From Candidatus Curtissbacteria bacterium RIFCSPLOWO2_12_FULL_41_16 (GTDB lineage: Bacteria > Patescibacteriota > Microgenomatia > Curtissbacterales > GWA2-41-24), in NCBI GenBank assembly GCA_001776545.1, contig MFBZ01000029.1, positions 11,988 through 75,987 of the forward strand: a stretch of DNA of 64,000 bases, written 5' to 3'. Positions 38,489 to 48,612 of this stretch are shown here, one piece after another. The stretch's first letter is position 1. Each line of letters begins with the position of its first letter. Position numbers and translations under genes: made by a program. The notes below the pieces were generated by a model that was not told where the DNA came from, searched no databases, and worked only from the letters and a program-made list of their open reading frames with translations.

Positions 38489-41098
38489 ATGGCCGACATC
38501 GGAAAAATACAGCCCGTCGAGATAATTGACGAAATGCAGCGTAGTTATTTGGACTACGCCATGTCCGTCATTGTTGCCCGCGCCCTCCCCGACGTCCGCG
38601 ACGGCCTTAAGCCTGTCCACCGCCGAATTATCTATGCCATGCAAAGAATGGGCATCACCCACGCTGCCCACTACAGCAAAAGCGCTAAAGTCGTCGGAGA
38701 AGTACTCGGAAAATACCATCCTCATGGAGATGCTCCCGTTTATGAGGCGCTGGTTAGGATGGCTCAGGATTTTGCCATGCGTTATCCGCTAATCGACGGT
38801 CAGGGTAACTTTGGTTCAGTCGATGGTGATGCTCCGGCTGCCATGCGCTATACAGAGGTGCGCTTGAGTACAATTACCGAAACTCTACTATACGACCTCG
38901 ACAAGGATACGGTCAATTTTGTCGATAACTTTGACGGCAGCCTCAAGGAACCGGTTTTCTTACCATCGGTCCTGCCAAATCTTCTAACAAGCGGTGCTTC
39001 CGGCATCGCCGTTGGCATGGCTACCAACATTCCGCCTCATAATCTGAAAGAAGTAATCGATGCCACAATTTATTTAATCGACAATCCCCAAGCCTCAGTT
39101 GAAGATCTAATGCAGCATGTCAAAGGCCCTGATTTTCCAACTGGTGCGCAAATCTTTGATATTGACGAAATCACGGCCAGCTACGCCACCGGCCGCGGCA
39201 AAATTATTATGCGCGCCAAAGCGGATATCGAAGAGGGCAAAAGCGGCAAGTTCCAAATCATCGTCACAGAAATTCCTTATCAGGTTAATAAAGCCAGCCT
39301 TATCACCAGAATCGCCGAACTGGTTAAGGATAAAAAAATAGAGGGAATCTCCGATCTGCGCGACGAATCAGACCGTAAGGGACTGCGTGTTGTCGTCGAA
39401 CTTAAACGGGACGCCCGCCCCAAAGCAGTTCTTAACAATCTTTACAAGCATACCAGCTTGCAGCAATCATTCCCGGTTAATATGGTCGCTTTAGTCGAGG
39501 GAACACCCCAAACACTCACTCTCAAAATGATCTTGGAAGAATTTATTAGCCACCGCCGGAAAGTCATAACCCGCAGAAGCCAGTTTGAACTGGACGAGGC
39601 CAAACGCCATGCCCATATTTTAGAAGGTCTTAAAATTGCCGTTGACAACATCGACGCAGTTATCGCAACCATTAAGAAAAGCCGGGACACCCAAGATGCC
39701 AAAATCAATTTGATGCGCCAGTTCAAACTTACCGAAGTCCAGTCGCAAGCGATTTTGGACATGCAACTTAAAAGACTGGCTGCTCTTGAGCGTCAAAAAA
39801 TTGAAGAAGAACTAACAATGACACAAGAGGAAATTGCTTATCTTGAAGATTTGCTTGCCCACTCCGAAAAAATCATGTCAGTTGCCAAAAATGAGCTTGT
39901 CCGCCTTAAAGAACGTTTCGGTGATGACAGGAGAACAAAGGTTTTTAAACAAAAAATAGGCGAATTCAAAGAAGAAGACCTCATCCCCAACACACCCGCA
40001 ATTGTCACTATCACGGTCGGCGGCTACGTTAAAAGACAAGACATCGGATCATTCCGCACTCAACGAAGGGGAGGTAAGGGTATTACCGGCATCACCACCA
40101 AAGAAGAAGATACGGTAAGTCAGCTTTTTGCCACCCAAACACACGACAACCTGCTTTTCTTTACAAACAAAGGCCGTGTTTTCCAGCTCAAAGTTTACGA
40201 CCTGCCGGATTCATCACGTGTCGGAAAAGGTGTAGCGATTGTCAATCTTTTAGATTTGCAACAAGACGAAAAAGTCCTTTCCATACTCCCGATTAAAAAG
40301 CAGCAGGCGAAAGATAAAAACGGTTTTGTGATTATGGCTACCAAAAACGGAGTTATTAAAAAAACCGCAACTGGCGCCTATGAAGCAATCAGAAGATCCG
40401 GGATTATCGCCATTAAACTTACCGATGGCGACCAACTGCGTTGGGCTAAGTTAACCGGTGGCCATGACCTCGTTTTTCTTGTCTCCAGACGAGGCATGTC
40501 GATAAAATTTGACGAAAAAGATGTCCGGCCAATGGCCCGCGATACTATGGGAGTTCGAGGTATCAAGATTAAACATGGCGATGAATTAATTGGCATGGAT
40601 GTCATAGGATCTGACAACGAAAAGGCCGATCTTCTGGTTGTCACCGAGAAAGGCATCGGTAAAAAAACTTCAATCTCCGCCTGGCCAAAACAACTCCGGG
40701 GCGGAGTCGGCGTAAAAGCTGCCAGTTTAGCCGATAAAACTGGTGATATTGTCACCGCTCAAATTCTAACCAAAGAAGACGAGGCATTAATTCTAACCTC
40801 TCAAAAAGGCCAGGTCATAAGAACCACCTTGCGTTCAATTCCCAGGTTAACCCGCGACACTCAAGGCGTCATTGTCATGCGGTTATCAGCGGGCGACAAA
40901 GTCGCAGCCGCCACCATTATTAAAAGAAGAAAAGAGGAAGAGAAAGATGCACCCGCCCCAAACACTGAAAAAGAAGATAGACCTAAGTCAGTGCAAAACA
41001 GAACTAAAACAGTAAAAGCAGTTGCTGCAAAAAAGCCCAAAATTGAAAAAACACCAAAACCTGAAAAGAAACTTGTGAAAAAATCCCAAAAAAGCTAG
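38489..41098 (+). CDS. gyrA: DNA gyrase subunit A with a C-terminal Lys-rich tail
   Basis: It has the active-site region ([28 protein letters not shown]), beta-pinwheel repeats and a final roughly 70 aa that are basic and low-complexity. Confidence 0.9.
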   Translation: MADIGKIQPVEIIDEMQRSYLDYAMSVIVARALPDVRDGLKPVHRRIIYAMQRMGITHAAHYSKSAKVVGEVLGKYHPHGDAPVYEALVRMAQDFAMRYPLIDGQGNFGSVDGDAPAAMRYTEVRLSTITETLLYDLDKDTVNFVDNFDGSLKEPVFLPSVLPNLLTSGASGIAVGMATNIPPHNLKEVIDATIYLIDNPQASVEDLMQHVKGPDFPTGAQIFDIDEITASYATGRGKIIMRAKADIEEGKSGKFQIIVTEIPYQVNKASLITRIAELVKDKKIEGISDLRDESDRKGLRVVVELKRDARPKAVLNNLYKHTSLQQSFPVNMVALVEGTPQTLTLKMILEEFISHRRKVITRRSQFELDEAKRHAHILEGLKIAVDNIDAVIATIKKSRDTQDAKINLMRQFKLTEVQSQAILDMQLKRLAALERQKIEEELTMTQEEIAYLEDLLAHSEKIMSVAKNELVRLKERFGDDRRTKVFKQKIGEFKEEDLIPNTPAIVTITVGGYVKRQDIGSFRTQRRGGKGITGITTKEEDTVSQLFATQTHDNLLFFTNKGRVFQLKVYDLPDSSRVGKGVAIVNLLDLQQDEKVLSILPIKKQQAKDKNGFVIMATKNGVIKKTATGAYEAIRRSGIIAIKLTDGDQLRWAKLTGGHDLVFLVSRRGMSIKFDEKDVRPMARDTMGVRGIKIKHGDELIGMDVIGSDNEKADLLVVTEKGIGKKTSISAWPKQLRGGVGVKAASLADKTGDIVTAQILTKEDEALILTSQKGQVIRTTLRSIPRLTRDTQGVIVMRLSAGDKVAAATIIKRRKEEEKDAPAPNTEKEDRPKSVQNRTKTVKAVAAKKPKIEKTPKPEKKLVKKSQKS

Positions 41099-41188
41099 AA
41101 TCTAATGTGAACGACTAAATGAAATTTAAATTGAATTTAAAATATTTATACTGGAAGCCCGTCAAGGGCTTCTTTTTTAAAGTAGAAA

Positions 41189-42379
41189 TTGAAAATTATG
41201 ACAAATAACAAGGCAAGACTAATCCTTAAAGATGGCACAATATTTGCTGGGCTTGCTGCCGGCTCCCAAACTTCCGTCGCTGGTGAGGTCGTTTTCACAA
41301 CCGGCATGGTTGGCTATGACCAAAGCCTAACCGATCCGTCCTACTCCGGCCAAATCTTGGTTTTTACTTATCCATTAATCGGCAACTGGGGAGTACCACC
41401 TCAAGAATTTTGGGAATCGGAAAAAATCCATGTTTCAGGCGTTGTCATAAGCGACCTGACTACCAATCCTAGCCATTGGCAATCCCAAAAATCCCTCAAC
41501 CAGTGGTTGCAGGAAGAAAATATCCCGGCAATTGTCGGTATTGACACGAGAAAACTCACCCAGAAATTAAGGGAAAAAGGTGTCATGCTTGGCAAAATTG
41601 TGGTAGGGGATCAAGACGTCAAACTTTACGATCCTAATGCCGAAAATCTCGTCGAGCGGGTTTCTCCCAAGGAGGTAGTAATTCACAGACCGAAGTTGGA
41701 AGTGGGAAGTGAGAAAAATCTAACCTCTCACCTCAAAAATCCAGCTTCCCACCTCTCACATCGCACATCCCCAAAAGTTGGCCTTTTAAACTGTGGTGCC
41801 AAAAGAAATATTTTGAGAAATCTCCGCGCTCGCGGAGCAACGGTCTATGAACTTCCCTGGAATTTCGACCCATTCCCAGAGTCAAACACCCCCGGGGTGG
41901 GCTCTGACCCCCTGGGGGTGAGTCGAAAGATTAAAATTGATGGACTAATGATCTCAAACGGTCCAGGCGATCCAAAAATGGCCAAAGAATCTATCGCCAT
42001 CATCAAAAAAGCTCTCAAGGCGAAAATCCCCACTTTTGGCATTTGTCTTGGCAACCAGCTTCTGGCACTTGCAGCCGGCGGCGACACCTACAAACTTAAA
42101 TTTGGCCATCGGGCACAAAACCAACCGACAATAGAGGTGGGGAAGGAACGCTGCTACATTACCACCCAAAATCATGGCTTTGCGGTGGATGAGAAAAGAA
42201 TGCCAGACGGTTTTCGCCGCTGGTTCACAAACGCCAACGACAATACCAACGAAGGCATCATCCACCAAAAACTACCGTTCTTTTCAGTCCAATTCCATCC
42301 GGAAGCAAGCCCCGGCCCCACCGATACCGAATTCCTGTTTGATTATTTTTTGAACAAAGTGAAAAAAAGAGCTGCGTGA
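41189..42379 (+). CDS. carA: Carbamoyl-phosphate synthase small (glutaminase) subunit
   Basis: It has the CPSase small-chain N-domain and a class I GATase with catalytic Cys (FGICLGNQLL). It contains two GC/hairpin inserts at 41692-41770 and 41887-41922. Confidence 0.85.
   Translation: MKIMTNNKARLILKDGTIFAGLAAGSQTSVAGEVVFTTGMVGYDQSLTDPSYSGQILVFTYPLIGNWGVPPQEFWESEKIHVSGVVISDLTTNPSHWQSQKSLNQWLQEENIPAIVGIDTRKLTQKLREKGVMLGKIVVGDQDVKLYDPNAENLVERVSPKEVVIHRPKLEVGSEKNLTSHLKNPASHLSHRTSPKVGLLNCGAKRNILRNLRARGATVYELPWNFDPFPESNTPGVGSDPLGVSRKIKIDGLMISNGPGDPKMAKESIAIIKKALKAKIPTFGICLGNQLLALAAGGDTYKLKFGHRAQNQPTIEVGKERCYITTQNHGFAVDEKRMPDGFRRWFTNANDNTNEGIIHQKLPFFSVQFHPEASPGPTDTEFLFDYFLNKVKKRAA
41692..41770. 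repeat. Inverted/direct-repeat hairpin element inserted in-frame in carA
   Basis: gaagttggaagtgggaagtgagaaaaatctaacctctcacctcaaaaatccagcttcccacctctcacatc encodes LEVGSEKNLTSHLKNPASHLSH. Confidence 0.5.
41887..41922. repeat. GC-rich palindromic element in-frame in carA
   Basis: cacccccggggtgggctctgaccccctgggggtgag encodes TPGVGSDPLGVS. Confidence 0.55.
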
Positions 42380-42405
42380 CCTTTCATGGAAAAACTTAGA
42401 TAAAA

Positions 42406-45400
42406 ATGACCAATTTAAAAATCAAAAAAGTCTTGCTTCTTGGCTCCGGGGCTTTGAAGATCGGCCAAGCCGGAGAATTTGATTATTCCGGCTCCCAAGC
42501 CATCAAAGCGCTCAAGGAAGAAAGCATAGAGGTAATATTAATTAACCCAAATATAGCAACAATCCAAACCTCGGAGGGTTTTGCGACAAGGGTTTATTTT
42601 TTGCCCCTTGAGCCTTATTTTGTCGAGGAAGTGATCCGGAAAGAAAAACCAAACGGTATTTTGCTTTCCTTCGGCGGCCAGACAGCTCTCAACTGTGGGC
42701 TAGCTCTTGCCAAAAACGGCACATTAGCCAAGTATCAAGTCCGGGTCTTGGGCACACCAATTCCGGCAATTGAGAAAACAGAAGATCGGCAACTCTTCGC
42801 CGATTCTTTAATAAGAATTGGGCTTTTGGTACCGACAAGCAAAGCCGTCAGAAATCTCGCGGGCGCAAGGAAAGTTGCGCAAAGCATCGGTTATCCACTG
42901 ATGGTAAGATCCGGCTTTTCTTTGGGAGGCCAGGACTCCGGAGTTGCCAGAGGTTGGCAAGAACTTTCGGAAATCGCCAAGAAAGCTCTGGCTAAATCTC
43001 CGCAAATACTAATAGAGAAGTACCTTGGCGGCTGGAAAGAAGTTGAATACGAGGTGGTTCGCGACAGTTTTGATAATTGTATTGCAGTCTGCAACATGGA
43101 AAATATCGATCCGATGGGCATACATACGGGAGAATCGATCGTCGTTGCGCCCTCGCAAACATTAAACAATTTCGAGTATCACTCCCTTCGCGAAGTTGCC
43201 ATCAAGGTCATTAGACACTTGGGAATTGTCGGAGAGTGCAATATCCAGTTCGCCCTAAACCCTAGGCCGCTTGCGGCCGAGTCCGCCAATAATTCGCCAA
43301 TTAATCAGCTTGACTACCGCATTATCGAGGTCAATGCCCGCCTCTCCCGAAGCTCGGCTTTGGCCTCCAAAGCAACCGGCTATCCTTTAGCTTATGTTGC
43401 AGCCAAGCTTGCTCTTGGATATTCTTTAACTGAACTTAAAAACGCAGTTACCCAAAAAACAATTGCCTGCTTTGAACCGGCCCTGGATTATCTTGCCCTC
43501 AAAATTCCCCGCTGGGACCTTGGCAAATTCATAAAAAGCGAAAATCAAATTGGTTCTTCCATGCAATCGGTTGGCGAAGTTATGGCGCTAGGGCGCAAAT
43601 TTGAAGAGGCGCTCCAAAAAGCGGTGAGAATGCTGGATATCGGTTTTGAAGGAATCTTGGATGAGAAAGCTCCGGGTCTTGTTTACAGCAAACCTACTCC
43701 CTGGCGGCTTTTTGCAATCGCCAAAAGCGTCAAAGGCGGGACTTCGGTTGCCAAAATCCACAAGCAGACAGGCATAGACCCGTTTTTTATAGAAAAAATT
43801 AAAAATCTTGTCCAAATGGAGGAGAAAATCAAAAAAACTGGCCAAAATCTGACTACGGAATTATTAAGAGGAGCAAAAGAGTACGGATTTTCTGATGCCC
43901 GAATCGCCAAGTTAATAAAATCAAAAGAAGAAACTGTAACCAAAAAACGAGAAGCATGGGGAATAGTTCCTTCTGTCAAACAAATCGACACTCTGGCAGC
44001 AGAATACCCGGCCGAAACAAACTACCTCTATCTTACATATAATGGGGAGGGAGACGACATAGATAACAGAAAGTCGAAAGTCAAAGTCGAAAGTCAAAGT
44101 CAGATCAAAAATCAAAAAGACTTTTCACTTCACACTTTGACTCCACACTCCAATGACCGCAAGGTCATTGTCTTGGGTTCCGGACCTTACAGAATAGGTT
44201 CTTCTGTAGAATTTGATTGGTGCTGTGTAACCTGCGCCCAAACAATCAGCCAAAATGGTTTCGCCAGCATAATTATCAATTGCAACCCAGAAACCGTCTC
44301 AACGGATTATGACATGGCCCAAAAACTTTACTTTGAAGAGCTGACTGCCGAGACCGTAATGGAAATCTACAAAAAAGAGAGGGCATCCTGCGTAATCATT
44401 TCAATGGGTGGCCAAACTCCAAATAATCTGGCGACGAAATTAGAAGCGGCCGGCGCAAAAATCTTAGGAACCAGTACTAAATCAATAGACACAGCCGAAG
44501 ACAGAAGTAAGTTCTCAAGGCTCTGTGATGAACTCAAAATAGCCCAGCCAATTTGGGCCAAGTTTGAAAATATAGATGAGGCGGTCGGCTTTGCCGAAAA
44601 AATCAAATATCCCGTTCTAATTCGTCCTTCTTACGTCCTTTCCGGTACCGCCATGAACGTCGCTTTTACCTCAAAGGACCTTAGGGAGTACCTGGAACTT
44701 GCATCAAAAGTCTCAAGAGAATACCCGGTCGTTATTTCTAAATTCCACCAGGATGCCAAGGAACTGGAAATTGACGCTGTTGCTGAAAGGGGAAACATTA
44801 TTTGTTCCACAATTACCGAGCACGTTGAAAATGCAGGCGTTCACAGTGGTGATTCCACTGTCCTTTTACCGCCGCAAAAATTGTATTTGGCAACAGTCAA
44901 GCAAGCTGAGACAATAGCCCAAAAAATCGCAAAAACTCTTCAAATAAGCGGCCCTTTTAACATTCAATTCTTGGCAACAGACAACAATATTCTGGTAATC
45001 GAATGCAACTTGCGGGCTTCAAGAAGCTTCCCTTTCGTTTCAAAAGTCACGGGGGTTAATTTCGCCAAAATCGCAACCGAGGCAATTCTTGGCAAAAAGA
45101 TCAAACCAGTGGCGGCAAACAACATTTCCTACGTCGGAGTAAAATCCCCCCAATTTTCTTTTTCCAGAATAAAAGGCGCGGATCCGATTTTGCGGGTTGA
45201 AATGGCCTCAACCGGGGAAGTGGCTTGTTTTGGCCACGATGTTTATGAAGCTTTTTTAAAATCTTTAATCGCAAGTGGCGTAAGCCTCCCGCAAAAATCG
45301 GTTTTTGTCTCGCTGGCCGGAGAGGAAAACAAAGTCAAGTTTTTAGAGGCAGCCCGGACGCTCTCCAACATCGGACTGAAAATCTATGCTACCGAGGGAA

Positions 45401-45708
45401 CAAGTAAATTTTTAAGGGGACACCTGATCGAGGCAAACAAACTCCATAAAATTCATGAAAACAAAAAACCCAACATCCTCTCGTATCTCAACGACAAAAA
45501 AATAGACCTTGTCATCAACATTTTTGACCCTTACTTCAAAAAAGAATTTGACGACGATTATCTAATCCGCAGAGCCACAATTGATTTTGGGATACCGCTT
45601 CTTACCAATCTGCAAACTGCGGAGCTTTTCGTCAAAGCTTTAGCCAAAAAACAATTGGCAGATCTCAAAACTCTGCCATGGGATGCCTATGTCACTCCCC
45701 AAAACTAA
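42406..45708 (+). CDS. carB: Carbamoyl-phosphate synthase large subunit
   Basis: It has two ATP-grasp halves and an MGS-like C-terminal domain, and is 1100 aa. Confidence 0.9.
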   Translation: MTNLKIKKVLLLGSGALKIGQAGEFDYSGSQAIKALKEESIEVILINPNIATIQTSEGFATRVYFLPLEPYFVEEVIRKEKPNGILLSFGGQTALNCGLALAKNGTLAKYQVRVLGTPIPAIEKTEDRQLFADSLIRIGLLVPTSKAVRNLAGARKVAQSIGYPLMVRSGFSLGGQDSGVARGWQELSEIAKKALAKSPQILIEKYLGGWKEVEYEVVRDSFDNCIAVCNMENIDPMGIHTGESIVVAPSQTLNNFEYHSLREVAIKVIRHLGIVGECNIQFALNPRPLAAESANNSPINQLDYRIIEVNARLSRSSALASKATGYPLAYVAAKLALGYSLTELKNAVTQKTIACFEPALDYLALKIPRWDLGKFIKSENQIGSSMQSVGEVMALGRKFEEALQKAVRMLDIGFEGILDEKAPGLVYSKPTPWRLFAIAKSVKGGTSVAKIHKQTGIDPFFIEKIKNLVQMEEKIKKTGQNLTTELLRGAKEYGFSDARIAKLIKSKEETVTKKREAWGIVPSVKQIDTLAAEYPAETNYLYLTYNGEGDDIDNRKSKVKVESQSQIKNQKDFSLHTLTPHSNDRKVIVLGSGPYRIGSSVEFDWCCVTCAQTISQNGFASIIINCNPETVSTDYDMAQKLYFEELTAETVMEIYKKERASCVIISMGGQTPNNLATKLEAAGAKILGTSTKSIDTAEDRSKFSRLCDELKIAQPIWAKFENIDEAVGFAEKIKYPVLIRPSYVLSGTAMNVAFTSKDLREYLELASKVSREYPVVISKFHQDAKELEIDAVAERGNIICSTITEHVENAGVHSGDSTVLLPPQKLYLATVKQAETIAQKIAKTLQISGPFNIQFLATDNNILVIECNLRASRSFPFVSKVTGVNFAKIATEAILGKKIKPVAANNISYVGVKSPQFSFSRIKGADPILRVEMASTGEVACFGHDVYEAFLKSLIASGVSLPQKSVFVSLAGEENKVKFLEAARTLSNIGLKIYATEGTSKFLRGHLIEANKLHKIHENKKPNILSYLNDKKIDLVINIFDPYFKKEFDDDYLIRRATIDFGIPLLTNLQTAELFVKALAKKQLADLKTLPWDAYVTPQN
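44069..44151. repeat. Tandem repeat (GAAAGTCAAAGTC) plus a CTTTTCACTTTGAC-like motif inside the carB inter-half linker
   Basis: gaaagtcgaaagtcaaagtcgaaagtcaaagtcag...cttttcacttcacactttgactccacactcc encodes KSKVKVESQSQIK...FSLHTLTPHS. Confidence 0.5.
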
Positions 45709-45783
45709 ATAAGGTTCGCTCCAGTATCACTCATTGCCGCTTTCCTTGACTGGAATAAACAAAACCTAACATAATTAAGTCAG

Positions 45784-46373
45784 ATGAAATCTGCCCGCAA
45801 AAGGATTTTTCGCCTAATAACTTCAAAGCAAAAAAGCTTCACGCTCATTGAACTTCTTATCGTTATTGCCATTTTGGGAGTTTTGGCGGCTGCAGTCATG
45901 GTCGCAGTCAATCCGACAAAAAGAACCGGGCAAGCTCGTGACACCCAAAGGAAATCAGATCTGTCCCAAATCGTCAGCGCACTAGAAGCTTATTATGCAT
46001 TTAAAGCTAACTATCCCAATCCTTACTCTCCCAGCCCGGTGACATTGATAGTTCAACCGAATGTTGGATAAAAAATCTTGAACTCTGCGCCGGCAACCCG
46101 TTTACATTGTACGAACTAATCAAAAATCAAGACATCAAAAGATTACCATACGACCCCGGGAAAAATATCTTACCGGGAACGGGTGGTTGTGGTGTGGCCC
46201 AGGCTTACCTCTATCACGCCTCGGCAAACGCCGATTATTTCATTTTATATGGTGTTCTGGAAGAAAAGGGGAACCAAGAGTGCAAACCTGAGTGCGAAAT
46301 TACCCTAGGAGCCGAAACCTTTGGATTTCATTTTTGTTATGATTCAAGACAAAACAAATTCATCGGAATCTAA
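45784..46373 (+). pseudogene. Type IV pilin paralog interrupted by a frameshift (N-terminal ORF 45784..46071; C-terminal ORF continues in another frame from about 46011 to 46373)
   Basis: The first ORF has the prepilin N-terminus [22 protein letters not shown] and ends abruptly after 95 aa. The second frame is open from 46011 and encodes a Cys-containing pilin-like C-terminal domain. Both frames are open across 46011-46071. Confidence 0.5.
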
Positions 46374-46376
46374 AAC

Positions 46377-47309
46377 CTATTTATTCCCAGAATGAAAGGC
46401 CTTATGCACGTCGCGAAGCTGCGCGTTGGTCACGTGGGTGTAGATTTGGGTGGTAGAAACGTTTTTGTGGCCCAAAAGTTCCTGAACCGAGCGCAAATCC
46501 GCCCCGTTCATCAGAAGATCTGTGGCAAAAGAATGTCTCAAAGCATGCGGCGTAGCCTTAATCGGCAAACGTGCTTTGCGCACATATTTTTCGATAAGCC
46601 TCTGCACCGAGCGGGGAGTCAACCTCAATTTCTCTAAATTTTGGGTGGGCTCCCTGTTGCCAGCATAACGGATGAATAAAGCTTTTGACTGATCTGTTCT
46701 TTTGGCTAAATACTTCTCGAGCCAAATTGTCGCCCGGTCGGACAAAAAGACCACTCGAGCTCGTCCGCCTTTGCCGATGACCCCAAACTCTCTTCTCTCG
46801 AGATTGATTTGGTCTCGATTCAATTTACATAACTCTGACACCCTGAGTCCTGTTGAAAAAAGCATTTCCATAATCGTCTTATCGCGAATTCCTTGCTTGC
46901 CGGAAATATCAGGTTGAGCAAGTAAACGCTCAAGCTGGTCTCGATCCAAAAATTTCAAAGATCTGGATTCAACCTTTGGCAAATCAATCTTCTCTGGTGC
47001 CACCACCGGCAAATCCTTCCTTATTAAATATCTCAGAAAAGACCGCAAGGCTATTACATAATAATTTTGGGTGACTTTTTTGATTGGCAAATTACCGTTT
47101 GGACTGTTGTAATGGGCTAAATAAACCCTATATTTGCGGATTAACTCCACGGTAATATCCTGAGGCTTGGCAATGGGGGACTGGGCTTTGGACCACGAGG
47201 CAAAATTCTCAAGATAGTGCCGGTAGTCGCGAATGGTTAGGGGAGAGAGGTTGCGTTCAATCTCTAAATATTCGAGGAATTCGTTAACTAAAGCAGGTAG
47301 ATCGAACAT
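46377..47309 (-). CDS. Tyrosine site-specific recombinase XerC/XerD family
   Basis: It has an N-terminal SAM-like domain and the catalytic R..HxxR..Y (HALRHSFATDLL, HKNVSTTQIYTHV). Confidence 0.8.
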   Translation of the reverse strand: MFDLPALVNEFLEYLEIERNLSPLTIRDYRHYLENFASWSKAQSPIAKPQDITVELIRKYRVYLAHYNSPNGNLPIKKVTQNYYVIALRSFLRYLIRKDLPVVAPEKIDLPKVESRSLKFLDRDQLERLLAQPDISGKQGIRDKTIMEMLFSTGLRVSELCKLNRDQINLERREFGVIGKGGRARVVFLSDRATIWLEKYLAKRTDQSKALFIRYAGNREPTQNLEKLRLTPRSVQRLIEKYVRKARLPIKATPHALRHSFATDLLMNGADLRSVQELLGHKNVSTTQIYTHVTNAQLRDVHKAFHSGNK

Positions 47310-47575
47310 TTTGTTAATCGTGAATCGTTAATAGTTCATCGGGAAAATAAACCCCATGAACGATACACGATCAACGATCTTCATTACATTCTACGACGCT
47401 TTCAAACTAAAAATCAACAAGTAGGGAAGCCAGCCCCAAAATTGTACGACAACATAAGAAGCTTATAAGGTTGAGTCAACGCTAACCAAGCTAACGATCC
47501 CGTATCGTTAAGTCTAGTTACCGTTAAATATGGGGTCTTTACAAAAGACGATTGCCAGTTGTTATAATACCTCAC

Positions 47576-48559
47576 ATGTCACCGGTAGAAAGAAGTGTTG
47601 CAGTTGCACCCGAAACAGAACCTCATAGATTAATCGCTTTATTAGTCCCAGGGCAAGGAAAGCAAAGAGTTGGCATGGGGTGGGAATTATGGCAAAGATA
47701 TCCACCCGTCAAAGAACTTTTTTCTCTTGCGAGCGAAGTCACTGGACAAGACGTGGCAAGACTCTGTTTTGAAGGACCAGAAGGAGAATTAAATAAACCC
47801 GAGAACGCTCAAACTGCTATTCTCATTAATCACCAAGCCAATTTAATTGCTCTCCAAAAAGAGGGTAAGCTACATATAGAAGATATAAGTCTAGTCGCAG
47901 GCCATTCTTTAGGTGAATTAAGTGGTTTAGTTCCTGCAGGAGCTATTAGTGTTGAAGATCTTTTGATATTAGGCAGGGAAAGAGGCAAGGGTACACAAAT
48001 AGCTTATGAAAGACATCCAAGTAGAATGGTCGCTTTAAAGAATCCTTCAGAAGAGATTAGGAAACTGCTACAAACATTGGGTGTACAAGTGTGCATAACC
48101 AATACTGATAATCTGGTTACGTTTGGTGGACTTGAAAAAGCCATAGCAGAAGCAAAAAGATTACTTACCGAAAAAAAGATCCCCTTTGCAGAGGTAAATG
48201 TAGCAGGCGCATTCCATACTAAATGGATGAAACCAGCAGTAGAATACGTAGTTGAGGCCCTACGCAGAATTCATATACGTGACGCAAGAATTCCTCTAGT
48301 TGCAAACACAACCGGTAAACTTATCCAAACACGGGATCAAATCGAAAAGGAAATAATTGCCCAACTGACGGAACCAGTGCAGTGGGATAAAACTATCGCC
48401 CATTTAAAAGATCAACAGACGGATGAAACTATTGAAATTGGAGAAAATAATCATCTAAGTAAATGGAATACGGCAATGATAGGCGGCGGAATTACAGTTA
48501 TCACCATAGCTGGAATTACTTTAGCTTCAATTTGGCGCCGCCACCACCAAGCTCATTGA
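47576..48559 (+). CDS. FabD-like acyltransferase (malonyl-CoA:ACP transacylase family) with a C-terminal TM anchor
   Basis: LLVPGQGKQRVGMG (GQGSQ-type), the GHSLGE nucleophile elbow and a VQWD motif are present. The C-terminal IGGGITVITIAGITLASIW is hydrophobic. A TATAAT lies 6 nt upstream of the ATG. Confidence 0.65.
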   Translation: MSPVERSVAVAPETEPHRLIALLVPGQGKQRVGMGWELWQRYPPVKELFSLASEVTGQDVARLCFEGPEGELNKPENAQTAILINHQANLIALQKEGKLHIEDISLVAGHSLGELSGLVPAGAISVEDLLILGRERGKGTQIAYERHPSRMVALKNPSEEIRKLLQTLGVQVCITNTDNLVTFGGLEKAIAEAKRLLTEKKIPFAEVNVAGAFHTKWMKPAVEYVVEALRRIHIRDARIPLVANTTGKLIQTRDQIEKEIIAQLTEPVQWDKTIAHLKDQQTDETIEIGENNHLSKWNTAMIGGGITVITIAGITLASIWRRHHQAH

Positions 48560-48612
48560 CAACACAAACGCATCGACAAAACTATCTCGCTCTTGCTACA
48601 ATATTACTCTAA

